From an uncultured delta proteobacterium (lineage in GTDB: Bacteria; Desulfobacterota; Desulfobacteria; Desulfobacterales; Desulfatirhabdiaceae), in assembly GCA_963789395.1 (NCBI GenBank), contig CAWBKP010000012.1:192001-256000 (forward strand): DNA of 64,000 nucleotides. The letters are read 5' to 3'. A program made the position numbers and the translations under genes. The notes below the pieces were generated by a model that saw only the letters and a list, made by a program, of their open reading frames with translations, did no database searches and had not been told where the DNA came from. Positions 17,794 to 27,518 of this stretch are shown here, in pieces. How positions within the stretch are numbered: the first letter of the stretch is position 1; every line of letters begins with the position of its first letter.

Positions 17794-20460
17794 GTGAATT
17801 TGTCCCTGAAAAATGATCTGACCATCATTACCACCCATCTGAATGCGGACTTTGATGCCGTAGCTTCCATGCTGGCTGCTCAGAAACTTTATCCTGAAGC
17901 TCTGGTGGTGTTTCCAGGCTCACAGGAAAAAAACCTGAGAAATTTCTTCATCAGTTCCATGGTTTATCTTTTTAACATGGAAGATATGAAGCACATAGAC
18001 TTTTCCCGCATTAAAAAGCTGATACTGGTGGATACCCGTCAGCCTGGCCGCATCGGGAAATTTTCATCTGTCATCGAACGGCCGGATGTCGAAATTCATA
18101 TCTACGATCACCATCCGGTAATGCCCACCGATATCAAGGCCCACTACGAAGTCAATCGTTTGACCGGCGCAACCGTAACCATATTAACCGATATCCTTAA
18201 AGAAAAAGAGATTGATATCTCGCCGGATGAAGCCACCATCCTGTGTCTGGGAATTTATGAAGACACCGGCTCGTTTACGTTTCCTTCAACAACCGAGCAG
18301 GATTTTACCGCAGCCGCTTTTCTGCTGTCCAAAGGGGCCAATCTCAATACCATTTCATCCATGATCGCCCGTGAAATCAGCCCCGAGCAGATCAGCCTGT
18401 TAAACGACATGATCCAGTCTGCAACCCATCATGTGATAAACGGTATCGACATTGTTCTGACCAACATCATCAGCGACAATTACATACCGGATTTTGCCGT
18501 ACTGGTTCACAAATTCATTAAAATGGAGAACCTGAACGCCATTTTCGCTCTTGCCGCCATGGAGAACAAGGTGCATGTGGTGGCGCGAAGCCGGATCCCC
18601 GAAGTCGATGTGGGAACCATTGTCACGCTTCTGGGCGGCGGCGGCCACAGTTACGCCGCATCCGCAACCTTGAAGGAGCAGACCCTGACGCAGGTGGAGC
18701 ATCGCCTTCTGGAAATTCTTTACAGCAAGGTGCGGGCCAGGCGCAAGGCCAGGGATATCATGTCCTCACCGCCCATTACCGTTGGCGCGGACGTGTCCTG
18801 CAAGGAGGCCGCCAATTTTCTGACCCGCTATAACATCAATGCACTGGTGGTTACGGAAACCCCGGATCGAAAAGATGAACTCCTCGGTTTTATTTCCCGT
18901 CAGGTCATTGAAAAAGCCCTATTCCACCAACTGGATGAAGTTCCGGTCCGCGACTACATGACAACGGATATGGCATGGGTCGCACCGGATGCGGACATGC
19001 CGGAGATACAGCAGAAAATCATCGAAAACAAGCAGCGGGTGCTGCCGGTCGTGGATCAGGATGTCATCATCGGCGTGATCACGCGAACCGACCTTTTAAA
19101 CATTCTGGCCCGTCAAACTCAGAACAATTCCGAAAACCAGTTCGAGCCCGGTAAAGACATCGCCCATGCCCGAACCCGAAACATCCTCAATTTCATGAAC
19201 GAAAGGCTGTCCGACCGGGTGATGGATCTGTTGAAAACCATCGGCACAGTTGCCAGTCAACTGGGTGCCGGTGCGTATGTGGTCGGCGGCTTTGTCAGGG
19301 ATCTGTTCCTGTATCGACCGAACGACGACATGGATATCGTGATTGAAGGTGATGGCATTGCCTTTGCCAAAGAATATGCCGCACGCTACCAGGCCCGTGT
19401 CCATACTCACGCCAGTTTTGGAACCGCCGTTATTACGCTTTCCGATGGATTCAAGATCGATGTGGCCTCCGCGCGCATGGAATATTACAAATTTCCAACC
19501 GCCATGCCCATTGTCGAAATGAGTTCCATCAAGCTGGATCTTTTCCGCAGGGACTTTACCATCAACACCCTGTCGATCCAGTTGAATCCGGAGCGATTCG
19601 GCGTCCTGATTGACTTTTTTTCCGCCCAGAAAGATCTCAAGGAAAAAAGCATCCGGGTGCTTCACAACCTGAGTTTTGTGGAAGATCCAACCCGGGCGTT
19701 TCGCGCCATAAAATTTGAACAACGATTCGGATTCACCATCGGAAAGCTGACAAGCGGCCTGATTGACAATGCCGTAAAAATGGACTTGTTCTCGCGGCTG
19801 ATCGGACGCAGAATTTTCAGCGAGATCAAGCAGATCCTTGAAGAAGAAAACCCGGTTCCGGCCGTTACGAGGTTGGATGATTTTCAGCTGCTAAAAGTTA
19901 TCCACCCGTCTCTTCAACTTTCCGTAGATATGATTGCGCTGTTGAATGCCGTAAAAAAAGTCATTTCCTGGCATGATTTGCTTTTTCTTGAAGAATCCTA
20001 TATGAAATGGCCGGTTTATTTTCTGGCCATCATTCGCGACACAGACGTCAAAATTACAGAGGATATCTGCTTGCGTCTGGAGCTGGCGCCCCGGCCTTGC
20101 GCCCTGCTATGCAAGGACCGGTTTGCCGCGGAGCGCTCTCTGTTCTGGCTGGAGCGAAATACGACCATCCCAAACCACGTGTTGTGCGAAAAGCTGTCCG
20201 AATTTAAAACCGAGTTGATTCTGTTTATGATGGCTGCTACCCGTCATGAACGGGTGAAACGGGCGATTTCCAATTATTGCGTCACACTTCGCTATATCCA
20301 GCCCGAAATATCCGGAAAAGATCTACTGGAAATGGGCGTTGCGCCCGGACCCATATATAAGGAAATCCTAAAATCCCTTCGCGACGAAAAGGTGAACGGT
20401 TTTCTGAAAACAAAAGAAGATGAGATGGAGCATGTAAAAAAAAGGCTGAAAGCCGAATAA
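17794..20460 (+). CDS. DHH-CBS-CBS-tRNA nucleotidyltransferase (A-adding type)
   Basis: THLNADFD, DHH, GGGH, two CBS domains, VGGFVRD, DMDIV, RRDFTIN, EDPTR. Confidence 0.88.
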   Translation: MNLSLKNDLTIITTHLNADFDAVASMLAAQKLYPEALVVFPGSQEKNLRNFFISSMVYLFNMEDMKHIDFSRIKKLILVDTRQPGRIGKFSSVIERPDVEIHIYDHHPVMPTDIKAHYEVNRLTGATVTILTDILKEKEIDISPDEATILCLGIYEDTGSFTFPSTTEQDFTAAAFLLSKGANLNTISSMIAREISPEQISLLNDMIQSATHHVINGIDIVLTNIISDNYIPDFAVLVHKFIKMENLNAIFALAAMENKVHVVARSRIPEVDVGTIVTLLGGGGHSYAASATLKEQTLTQVEHRLLEILYSKVRARRKARDIMSSPPITVGADVSCKEAANFLTRYNINALVVTETPDRKDELLGFISRQVIEKALFHQLDEVPVRDYMTTDMAWVAPDADMPEIQQKIIENKQRVLPVVDQDVIIGVITRTDLLNILARQTQNNSENQFEPGKDIAHARTRNILNFMNERLSDRVMDLLKTIGTVASQLGAGAYVVGGFVRDLFLYRPNDDMDIVIEGDGIAFAKEYAARYQARVHTHASFGTAVITLSDGFKIDVASARMEYYKFPTAMPIVEMSSIKLDLFRRDFTINTLSIQLNPERFGVLIDFFSAQKDLKEKSIRVLHNLSFVEDPTRAFRAIKFEQRFGFTIGKLTSGLIDNAVKMDLFSRLIGRRIFSEIKQILEEENPVPAVTRLDDFQLLKVIHPSLQLSVDMIALLNAVKKVISWHDLLFLEESYMKWPVYFLAIIRDTDVKITEDICLRLELAPRPCALLCKDRFAAERSLFWLERNTTIPNHVLCEKLSEFKTELILFMMAATRHERVKRAISNYCVTLRYIQPEISGKDLLEMGVAPGPIYKEILKSLRDEKVNGFLKTKEDEMEHVKKRLKAE

Positions 20461-20505
20461 CGATTTCCTACATTTATATTATTTTCATCAACACAGGAGT
20501 TTTTC

Positions 20506-21492
20506 ATGACGATAAAAAAGAGAATATTAAGCGGAATGCGCCCGACCGGCCCACTCCATCTGGGGAATTTCCATGGGGCACTGGACAACTGGATCGCCAT
20601 GCAGGAAGAATATGACTGTTTTTTCTTTATTGCCGACTGGCACGCACTGACCAGCGACTATGAAAACCCGGGAAACATCCAGCGATTTGTTCAGGAAATG
20701 ATGATCGACTGGTTGAGCGCCGGCTTGTCTCCGGAAAAATGTACCCTCTTTGTCCAGTCCAGCGTGATGGAACATGCCGAGCTGTTCCTGCTGCTCTCGA
20801 TGATCACCCCGGTTCCCTGGCTGGAGCGCAATCCCACATACAAGGATCAGATCATCCAGCTTGATAACAAGGATCTGTCCACCTTCGGATTTTTGGGATA
20901 CCCGGTGCTTCAGGCGGCCGACATCATCATGTACAAGGCCAACGGCGTTCCGGTCGGCATCGATCAGGTTCCCCATATTGAAATCACTCGCGAAATCGCC
21001 AGACGATTCAATTACCTTTACGGCAACGTATTCCCGGAACCGGACGCCATTTTAACCCAGTCCTCCAAAATCCTGGGCCTCGATCGGCGCAAGATGAGCA
21101 AGAGCTACAACAATGCCATTTATCTGTCCGATTCTGCCGAAGACATCCGCGCCAAGGTCTCCACCATGATCACCGATCCCAACCGGGCTAGACGCAAGGA
21201 TCCTGGAAATCCCGAGATCTGCAACGTCTTTGAATTCCATAAGCTCTATTCCCCGCAATCCGTTGTGAAAGAGATAAACGGCCAATGCCGGACAGCTGCT
21301 ATCGGGTGCGTGGAATGCAAAAAAATCATGGCGGAAAACCTGATCAATGCCCTTGCCCCCATTCGGGAAAAACGCAACTTCTTTGAAGAGCGGCCCGAAA
21401 TGGTTGCGGAAATCATCGCTTCCGGGAATCAGAAAGCCAAAGCAGTCGCCCGGCAGACCATGCAGGAGGTCAGAAACGCAATACACATCTAA
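20506..21492 (+). CDS. trpS: Tryptophan--tRNA ligase
   Basis: SGMRPTG, HLGN, YPVLQAADI, VGIDQ, KMSKS. Confidence 0.97.
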   Translation: MTIKKRILSGMRPTGPLHLGNFHGALDNWIAMQEEYDCFFFIADWHALTSDYENPGNIQRFVQEMMIDWLSAGLSPEKCTLFVQSSVMEHAELFLLLSMITPVPWLERNPTYKDQIIQLDNKDLSTFGFLGYPVLQAADIIMYKANGVPVGIDQVPHIEITREIARRFNYLYGNVFPEPDAILTQSSKILGLDRRKMSKSYNNAIYLSDSAEDIRAKVSTMITDPNRARRKDPGNPEICNVFEFHKLYSPQSVVKEINGQCRTAAIGCVECKKIMAENLINALAPIREKRNFFEERPEMVAEIIASGNQKAKAVARQTMQEVRNAIHI

Positions 21493-21543
21493 AATTGACC
21501 ATGCTATACGGTATCAAAAATATCGACGGAAAGGAGATACAAT

Positions 21544-21876
21544 ATGAAGTTCAGTCGCAACTTGATAATGGCGTTATTTATTACGCTTCTTGCAGTATCC
21601 TCTGGTATGGCCGTTGAGCTTTCGGATAACAAAGCAATCGTTGCAACGAACTCCGGTGCCGACTCATATTATTTTTGGGGGCCATATGTCATTTCGTCCA
21701 TAGACAGAAATAGCGACGGATCACTTTTTGTAACATTTACAGACTACACGACTCTCACTGTGTCATATCCAAGAAACCAAAGTATCGTGAGCACAGCCTT
21801 GGCAACAGACAGTGATCTATATTTATATGTGTCGTCAAGCAACATAGTTTATGGCATTCTTTTATTTGCCTATTGA
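21544..21876 (+). CDS. Small secreted hypothetical protein
   Basis: 110 aa, RBS aggag, signal-peptide-like N-terminus, visibly AT-richer than neighbours. Confidence 0.65.
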   Translation: MKFSRNLIMALFITLLAVSSGMAVELSDNKAIVATNSGADSYYFWGPYVISSIDRNSDGSLFVTFTDYTTLTVSYPRNQSIVSTALATDSDLYLYVSSSNIVYGILLFAY

Positions 21877-21962
21877 GGCCGGTTATCAACTGAGATTTTG
21901 TTTAAAAAAGGAACGTCGACTGATTAATTATAGCATGGTTAATTTTTGTCGGCGACAGACTG

Positions 21963-23454
21963 TCAGCGGCGTCGCGACCCACCGAGGATGCCGCCCAACA
22001 GTCCACGCAGGATCTGCCTGCCGATCTGGTTACCGACGGAGCGTGCTGCCTGCTTCGCCATCGCCTCCACCATTCCCTGGCGCCGCTTGGTGCCAAACAG
22101 AAAGTCATGGATCACCCCGCCGCCCGCTTCAGATGTCTGGACAGGACCCGGCCTGACCGCCGCCGCCGCAGTCGATGCAGCACGCTTGCCAAGGATTTCA
22201 TAGGCTGATTCGCGATTCACGGGGGAATCATACTTACCGCCGACCGGACTGCGCCCCATTACCCTGGACCTTTCTTCTGGGGTGATGGCACCCATCCTGC
22301 ATCGTGCAGGGCATATCAGGGTACGTTCGACCGGCATCGGCACGCCTTTTTCCTGCAATGTGGATACCAGCGCCTCGCCGACACCGAGCCGGGAGATTGC
22401 CTCTGCGACATCAAGCTTCGGGTTGGCCGCGAAAGTTTCCGCCGCTGTTCGTACTGCTTTCTGGTCACGCGGGGTATAGGCACGCAACGCGTGCTGGATG
22501 CGATTCCCGATCTGGCCGAGGATTTCACCCGGCACATCATCCGGGAACTGGGAACAAAAATAGACGCCCACACCCTTGGAGCGGATGAGCCGGACGACCT
22601 GCTCCACACGCTGGCGAAGCGCAGGCGGCGAGTCGTCGAACAACAGGTGGGCTTCATCGAAGATGAAAACGAGCTTGGGTTTGTCGGGATCGCCGATCTC
22701 CGGGAGATTTTCGAACAGCTCCGACAGCAGCCAGAGCAGAAAGCTTGCATAGAGCCGCGGTTTCAGGATCAATTCGTCCGCGTCAAGGATATTGATGATA
22801 CCCCGGCCACTCAGGTCGGTTCGCAGCAGGTCGGTAAGATCCAGCGCAGGCTCACCAAAAAAAACCTTTCCCCCTTCTCGCTCCAGTGACAACAGGGCGC
22901 GCTGGATGGCGCCAATCGATTGAGTGCTGACAAGACCGTACTGCGTCGAGATCTCATTTCGGTTCTCCGCAACATAAGCGAGCATGGCGCGCAAATCGTC
23001 GAGATCGAGCAGCAGCAGACCCTGTTCGTCGGAAAGCTGGAAAACGATTTCGAGAACCCCGGACTGAATGTCGTTAAGCTCCAATATCCGCCCAAGCAGA
23101 CTCGGCCCGATCTCACTGACCGTGGTGCGAACGGGATGTCCCGACTTCCCGAGCAAGTCCCAGAACACCACTGGGTTGGCTTCATGAGCAAAGCCCTCTA
23201 TGCCGATCTGAGCGACTCGCTGCTGAACCATCTCGCTGGGGATACCGGGGACCGCCAGGCCGGCGACATCCCCCTTAACATCCGACAGGAACACCGGCAC
23301 GCCCAGACGTGAGAAGCCTTCAGCAAGCACCATGAGCGAAACAGTCTTGCCTGTCCCGGTAGCCCCGGCAATCAGGCCGTGGCGGTTTCCGTATCTTGGC
23401 CAAGAGATTAACGGGGTAATCCCCCTGACCGATAAGTATCTGGTCCATGCCCAT
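21963..23454 (-). CDS. DUF853 (YjgR/HerA-like) ATPase, one frameshift near 23395
   Basis: Reconstructed start MGMDQILIG...LAK|YGNRHGLIAGATGTGKT; FDEAHLLF, RSKGVGV, GNRIQHALRAYTP. Confidence 0.88.
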
Positions 23455-23620
23455 TCCCCCTTCTTTTTTTGACTCGCATTCCGTCTTTCGATCCTGTCCG
23501 TCCGGACAGACAGGCAAGCAGATCCAATAAAAAGGCCCAGCCGTCTTCGGCTCTCAATTCGTCTAATAAATCAAATTACCGTGATTGACAAACATAATGT
23601 CTCTCATGGTGTAACAAGTG

Positions 23621-23959
23621 TCAGAGACCCAGGTCGGACAACCCCGGGTGCTCATCCGGGCGGCGCCCGAGCGGCCAGTGGTACTTGCAGTCCGATTCCG
23701 CAATGTGCAGGTCATTGATGCTTGCGATACGGCGACGCATGAGACCACTTTCATCGAATTCCCAATTCTCGTTTCCATAGGAACGGAACCAGCTGCCTGA
23801 ATCGTCGTGCCATTCATAGGCAAAGCGTACCGCGATACGTGCACCATCACAGGCCCAAAGCTCTTTAATCAGGCGGTAATCAATTTCCCTGACCCATTTA
23901 CGCTGGAGAAACTGCACGATTGCCTCACGACCCGATAGAAACTCGCCGCGGTAACGCCA
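23621..23959 (-). pseudogene. 5'-truncated DUF1348 (SnoaL/NTF2-like) gene
   Basis: [55 protein letters not shown]; in-frame TAA at 23960-23962 and no recognisable N-terminal third. Confidence 0.75.
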
Positions 23960-24186
23960 TTATTGCCGAGATTGTCACTGTGGTCGGCGGTATCCCCCTG
24001 ACGGGAATCCTCGGCTCCAATTCGACGCTTGCATGGCCGCTGGGAGGCTGTCTCTTCATTCTCGCGCAGACTCTTTATTTTTATCTCATTGCGGCTGACA
24101 GCGGCCGGAAGACAATAAATGCCTCAAAAGATCCCTTTGAACAGGCCCGGCATGAAACAGAAAAGGTGCTGGCGCAATTAGCTTAA
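23959..24186 (+). pseudogene. C-terminal remnant of a membrane protein gene
   Basis: Two hydrophobic segments then DPFEQARHETEKVL; no credible start or RBS, and the upstream sequence belongs to the opposite-strand remnant. Confidence 0.4.
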
Positions 24187-25113
24187 TACAAAGGGAGGAA
24201 TCAATCGGGCTTCCACCACGGCCGATTCAACAACACATCGGAATTTTTTCAGATAATCCACGGGGTGATAGGAGAGCTTGGCCTTTCGTAAGCCCTCGTC
24301 ACCCAGGTCCTGCTCGCGGTTGACCAGAATATCGGGGTTGCCAAATCGCTCCAGAAACATATGGTTGATGGTCTGATACACGCCTTTAAAATCCGGGTTG
24401 CCCTTTTCAAAGTGAATGACCAGGGTTTCGGGGCCGAGCATTTCAGCAACGGTATAGGCTACGATAGCGTCACCGACCAGCAGCGCGCCGCCGGTGATGC
24501 CATTCAGACTGCTCCAGTTTTTCAGGACTTTTTCAATCACCCGGTTTTCCGCGGACAGCATGTCACTGGCCTCGCAGTCCCGCCAGGTACACCAGTCGGT
24601 CTGAAGGGCAAGGGCTTTTTGCGTCATTTCAGGACCAAGCGGCTCATACGAGTAAATATATGTTGACAGAAACTGCTTGAGCAGGTTTTTTTTCTTGTGG
24701 TACCGGTTGCCCTTCAATGCGATCAGATCAGAGGCGGCATACAGATAATCCCATTGCCCGCGAAGTGTCTCAAAAACAATCGTCCCCTCTCCTGCCCGTT
24801 CCTTCCACTGTTCGGTCAGTTTCTCCGGAACGCGTGTAAACACGGTTTCGCCTGAAAAGTGCCTGGGCAGAATGTCCGGCCAGTCGGCCCCTTCCCAGTC
24901 ACCAACCGGCGCCCAGTAAACAGGCTCCGGCAGCGTCTGCTGAATCCAGACCAGATCATTCTCCCAGGCCCATATCAGACCGTATTCATCGGCCCATGCC
25001 CACAGGTTGATAAAACTGTAATCAGAAGAGGGCTGCGGACAGCAGGCCAGCATCCGGGCATAGGCTTCCTGCTGGTTAAGGCTTATGGGTTCGAAGGTAA
25101 GGGACATGGACAT
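24178..25113 (-). CDS. DUF2156 family (aminoacyl-phosphatidylglycerol-transferase-like GNAT) protein
   Basis: DYSFINLW, DYLY, LKGNRYHKKKN, HFEKG, NREQDLGDEGLRKAKLSYHP. Confidence 0.85.
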   Translation of the reverse strand: MSMSLTFEPISLNQQEAYARMLACCPQPSSDYSFINLWAWADEYGLIWAWENDLVWIQQTLPEPVYWAPVGDWEGADWPDILPRHFSGETVFTRVPEKLTEQWKERAGEGTIVFETLRGQWDYLYAASDLIALKGNRYHKKKNLLKQFLSTYIYSYEPLGPEMTQKALALQTDWCTWRDCEASDMLSAENRVIEKVLKNWSSLNGITGGALLVGDAIVAYTVAEMLGPETLVIHFEKGNPDFKGVYQTINHMFLERFGNPDILVNREQDLGDEGLRKAKLSYHPVDYLKKFRCVVESAVVEARLIPPFVLS

Positions 25114-26791
25114 TCTCCTGTTTAAGACGGGTTTCGCCAAATCGCATGGGAAAAACGACAGCGGCAATACAAAGGGCAAGGGCGCCCAAAAACGCTGCCA
25201 CTGACCAACACCACAACCAGAAAGAGACCTCTCTTCCCTTTATGCCGGCCATGAACAGACGGTATACGGGACCTGCCTCAAGAAGGATCACCGTGCCGAT
25301 CAAGGCCGATGACAGCATCATGAACAGCATTCCCCCGAAACTGGTCACTGACTGGGCGGGGTTCTCGGAGGCAAAATCGGGAAAAGCCGCGCCCATGCCG
25401 ATTCCCATGGCAATTACCGCCGGTGTCAGGCAGAAAATAGTCGCCACAGAAATTCCCATCATGAGCGGCGTGACGTGCAGCAGCAGATTGGTGGCAACAA
25501 TAAGCGTTTCAGAAAGCACCAGCAACGGCAGCAGATAAATCCAGAACTTAATCCATAAAAATGAGCGCAGCGTTATCGGCGATGAGCGAACGATCCAAAA
25601 ACTGCCGCCTTCCAGACTGACGGCTGGATACGCAAAGCGGGCAACAATCGCAATCAGCACGAGGCCGGCAAGGGCCATGTTGAGAAACGACAGGACATTT
25701 TGAAGATATACGGCTTGAATGGGGGATTTTTCGAGCGGCAGCACCGAATAATTGTACAGGTAAATCACGATCAGGGCTCCGACCAGAAATACCTGGGACC
25801 ATTGGGTCTGATCCCTGAAAAATGTTTTAATCTCTTTTACGGCAAAGGATTTTACCGGGCCGGGAAGAAATGACAGTCTGCCTTCCAGAAATGTACCCTG
25901 GCCGCCAAACAGCCGGATCGCAGCTTCCTGAGTCTTGGAATATCCGGTGAAATACACCGCTTTTGCGGCCCACAGGTTCAGAAACAGCACGAACATCGCG
26001 CAACTCCAGGCAAGCCCCACATGAAAGAGAGCTTCACCCCACCGGTTCTTCAGGGCTGCCTTCAGGCTATCAAGGGCCCAGGTGCTGGGAAGATACGGAG
26101 GCGAAGGGGTCCGCAGCTGTTCCATGTAACCGAGAACGGTTGAAAACGTTTCCGGGTCTACCAGCCGCTCCGGCCTTGCCATGCGAAACGCCAGGTAAAG
26201 GACGATAAAGACGGAAAGCCCCAGAAACACAACGATACTCTGAATACGGGAGGCCGGCAGCACCAGTACGACGGCAAGGACGATCAGGGCGCTGATGCCG
26301 GAAGCCGTCAGGCAGAGCGGTACCAGCGCCAGCAGGATGTCCGCATAATAAAACAGTCCGGGTCTAAATACAGTGCCGTATGCGGCCAAAATCGGAAGGG
26401 TAAAGACAAAGACCATCCAGGCACTGTCCACGGTGCTTTCAATCCACCGGGCCAGAAACAGCGTTTCAACGGGAACCGGCAGGGCGTGAACCAGGTTCAG
26501 ATCCTTGCTGAGGTAGAGCTTGGACAGGGCCGTCAGGATGGCGCTGAAAACAAGCAGCGAAAAACACGTCACCAGCACGATGGAAAGGAGTTTGTAAGCC
26601 AGAATGTCCCCGATATCCTCGGACCTCTGGAAATAAGCCAGAAGCCTTCGGGAAACCAGGTAAATGCCTGTCCAGAACCCCAATCCCATCAGTGCGAAGA
26701 TTCCGCTCCGGAGGATGTGCCGGGGATCTCCGTGCCCTTGGGTCAGCGCCCACCATCTGGGCCTGAGGAGCTGCAACGTTTGCCGAATCAT
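25076..26791 (-). CDS. Putative ABC exporter permease
   Basis: Many TM helices, KEIKTFFRD, SLEGGSFWIVRSSP; follows an ABC ATPase. Confidence 0.8.
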   Translation of the reverse strand: MIRQTLQLLRPRWWALTQGHGDPRHILRSGIFALMGLGFWTGIYLVSRRLLAYFQRSEDIGDILAYKLLSIVLVTCFSLLVFSAILTALSKLYLSKDLNLVHALPVPVETLFLARWIESTVDSAWMVFVFTLPILAAYGTVFRPGLFYYADILLALVPLCLTASGISALIVLAVVLVLPASRIQSIVVFLGLSVFIVLYLAFRMARPERLVDPETFSTVLGYMEQLRTPSPPYLPSTWALDSLKAALKNRWGEALFHVGLAWSCAMFVLFLNLWAAKAVYFTGYSKTQEAAIRLFGGQGTFLEGRLSFLPGPVKSFAVKEIKTFFRDQTQWSQVFLVGALIVIYLYNYSVLPLEKSPIQAVYLQNVLSFLNMALAGLVLIAIVARFAYPAVSLEGGSFWIVRSSPITLRSFLWIKFWIYLLPLLVLSETLIVATNLLLHVTPLMMGISVATIFCLTPAVIAMGIGMGAAFPDFASENPAQSVTSFGGMLFMMLSSALIGTVILLEAGPVYRLFMAGIKGREVSFWLWCWSVAAFLGALALCIAAVVFPMRFGETRLKQENVHVPYLRTHKP

Positions 26792-26795
26792 TATG

Positions 26796-27518
26796 TCATT
26801 CCTGGGTAATTTCAAAAAACACCTGCTCCAGGTCCGCATCCCCGTTTTGAATATGCTGCCGGAGATCGGGGAGCGTTCCGATTGCCATAATCACCCCATT
26901 GTGAATGATGGCGATCCGATCGCAGACTTCTTCGGCCAGCCGGAGGGTGTGCGTGGACATGAACACGGTGGTACCGTTTTGCGCCAGAGTCCGGAACAGC
27001 TCCTTCACCATCTTTATACCGCGCGGGTCCAGGCCTACCATGGGTTCATCCACGATGATGAGCGGCGGTTGGTGAAGCAGGGCCGCGCACATGATCAGCC
27101 GTTGTTTCATGCCGTGCGAGTATGCCTCGATCAGCTCATCGGCCCGGTCCAGCAGAGAAAACCGGCCGAGCAGCTCCCTGGACTTTTTTGCGAAAACCAG
27201 TTTTTCGACATTGAAAAGACCAGCCGTGAACTGCAAAAATTCCATTGCCGTCAGCTTCTCGTATAAAAACGGCCGATCCGGAATCAGGCCGATTTTAAGT
27301 TTGGCGCGGACCGGTTCTTTCGCCATATCCACGCCGTCAATAAAAACCGATCCTTTGCCAGGCGACAGGAGGCCGGCCATCATCTTGATGGTGGTGGTTT
27401 TGCCGGCGCCGTTTGGTCCGATAAATCCGAACACCTCTCCGGACTGCACATGCAGGTTGACATCGCTTACGGCAACGGTGCTGCCATAGGTTTTAGACAG
27501 ATTTACGAGCCGGATCAT
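26796..27518 (-). CDS. ABC transporter ATP-binding protein
   Basis: GPNGAGKTT, YSHGMKQR, VDEPMVGLD, STH. Confidence 0.92.
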   Translation of the reverse strand: MIRLVNLSKTYGSTVAVSDVNLHVQSGEVFGFIGPNGAGKTTTIKMMAGLLSPGKGSVFIDGVDMAKEPVRAKLKIGLIPDRPFLYEKLTAMEFLQFTAGLFNVEKLVFAKKSRELLGRFSLLDRADELIEAYSHGMKQRLIMCAALLHQPPLIIVDEPMVGLDPRGIKMVKELFRTLAQNGTTVFMSTHTLRLAEEVCDRIAIIHNGVIMAIGTLPDLRQHIQNGDADLEQVFFEITQE

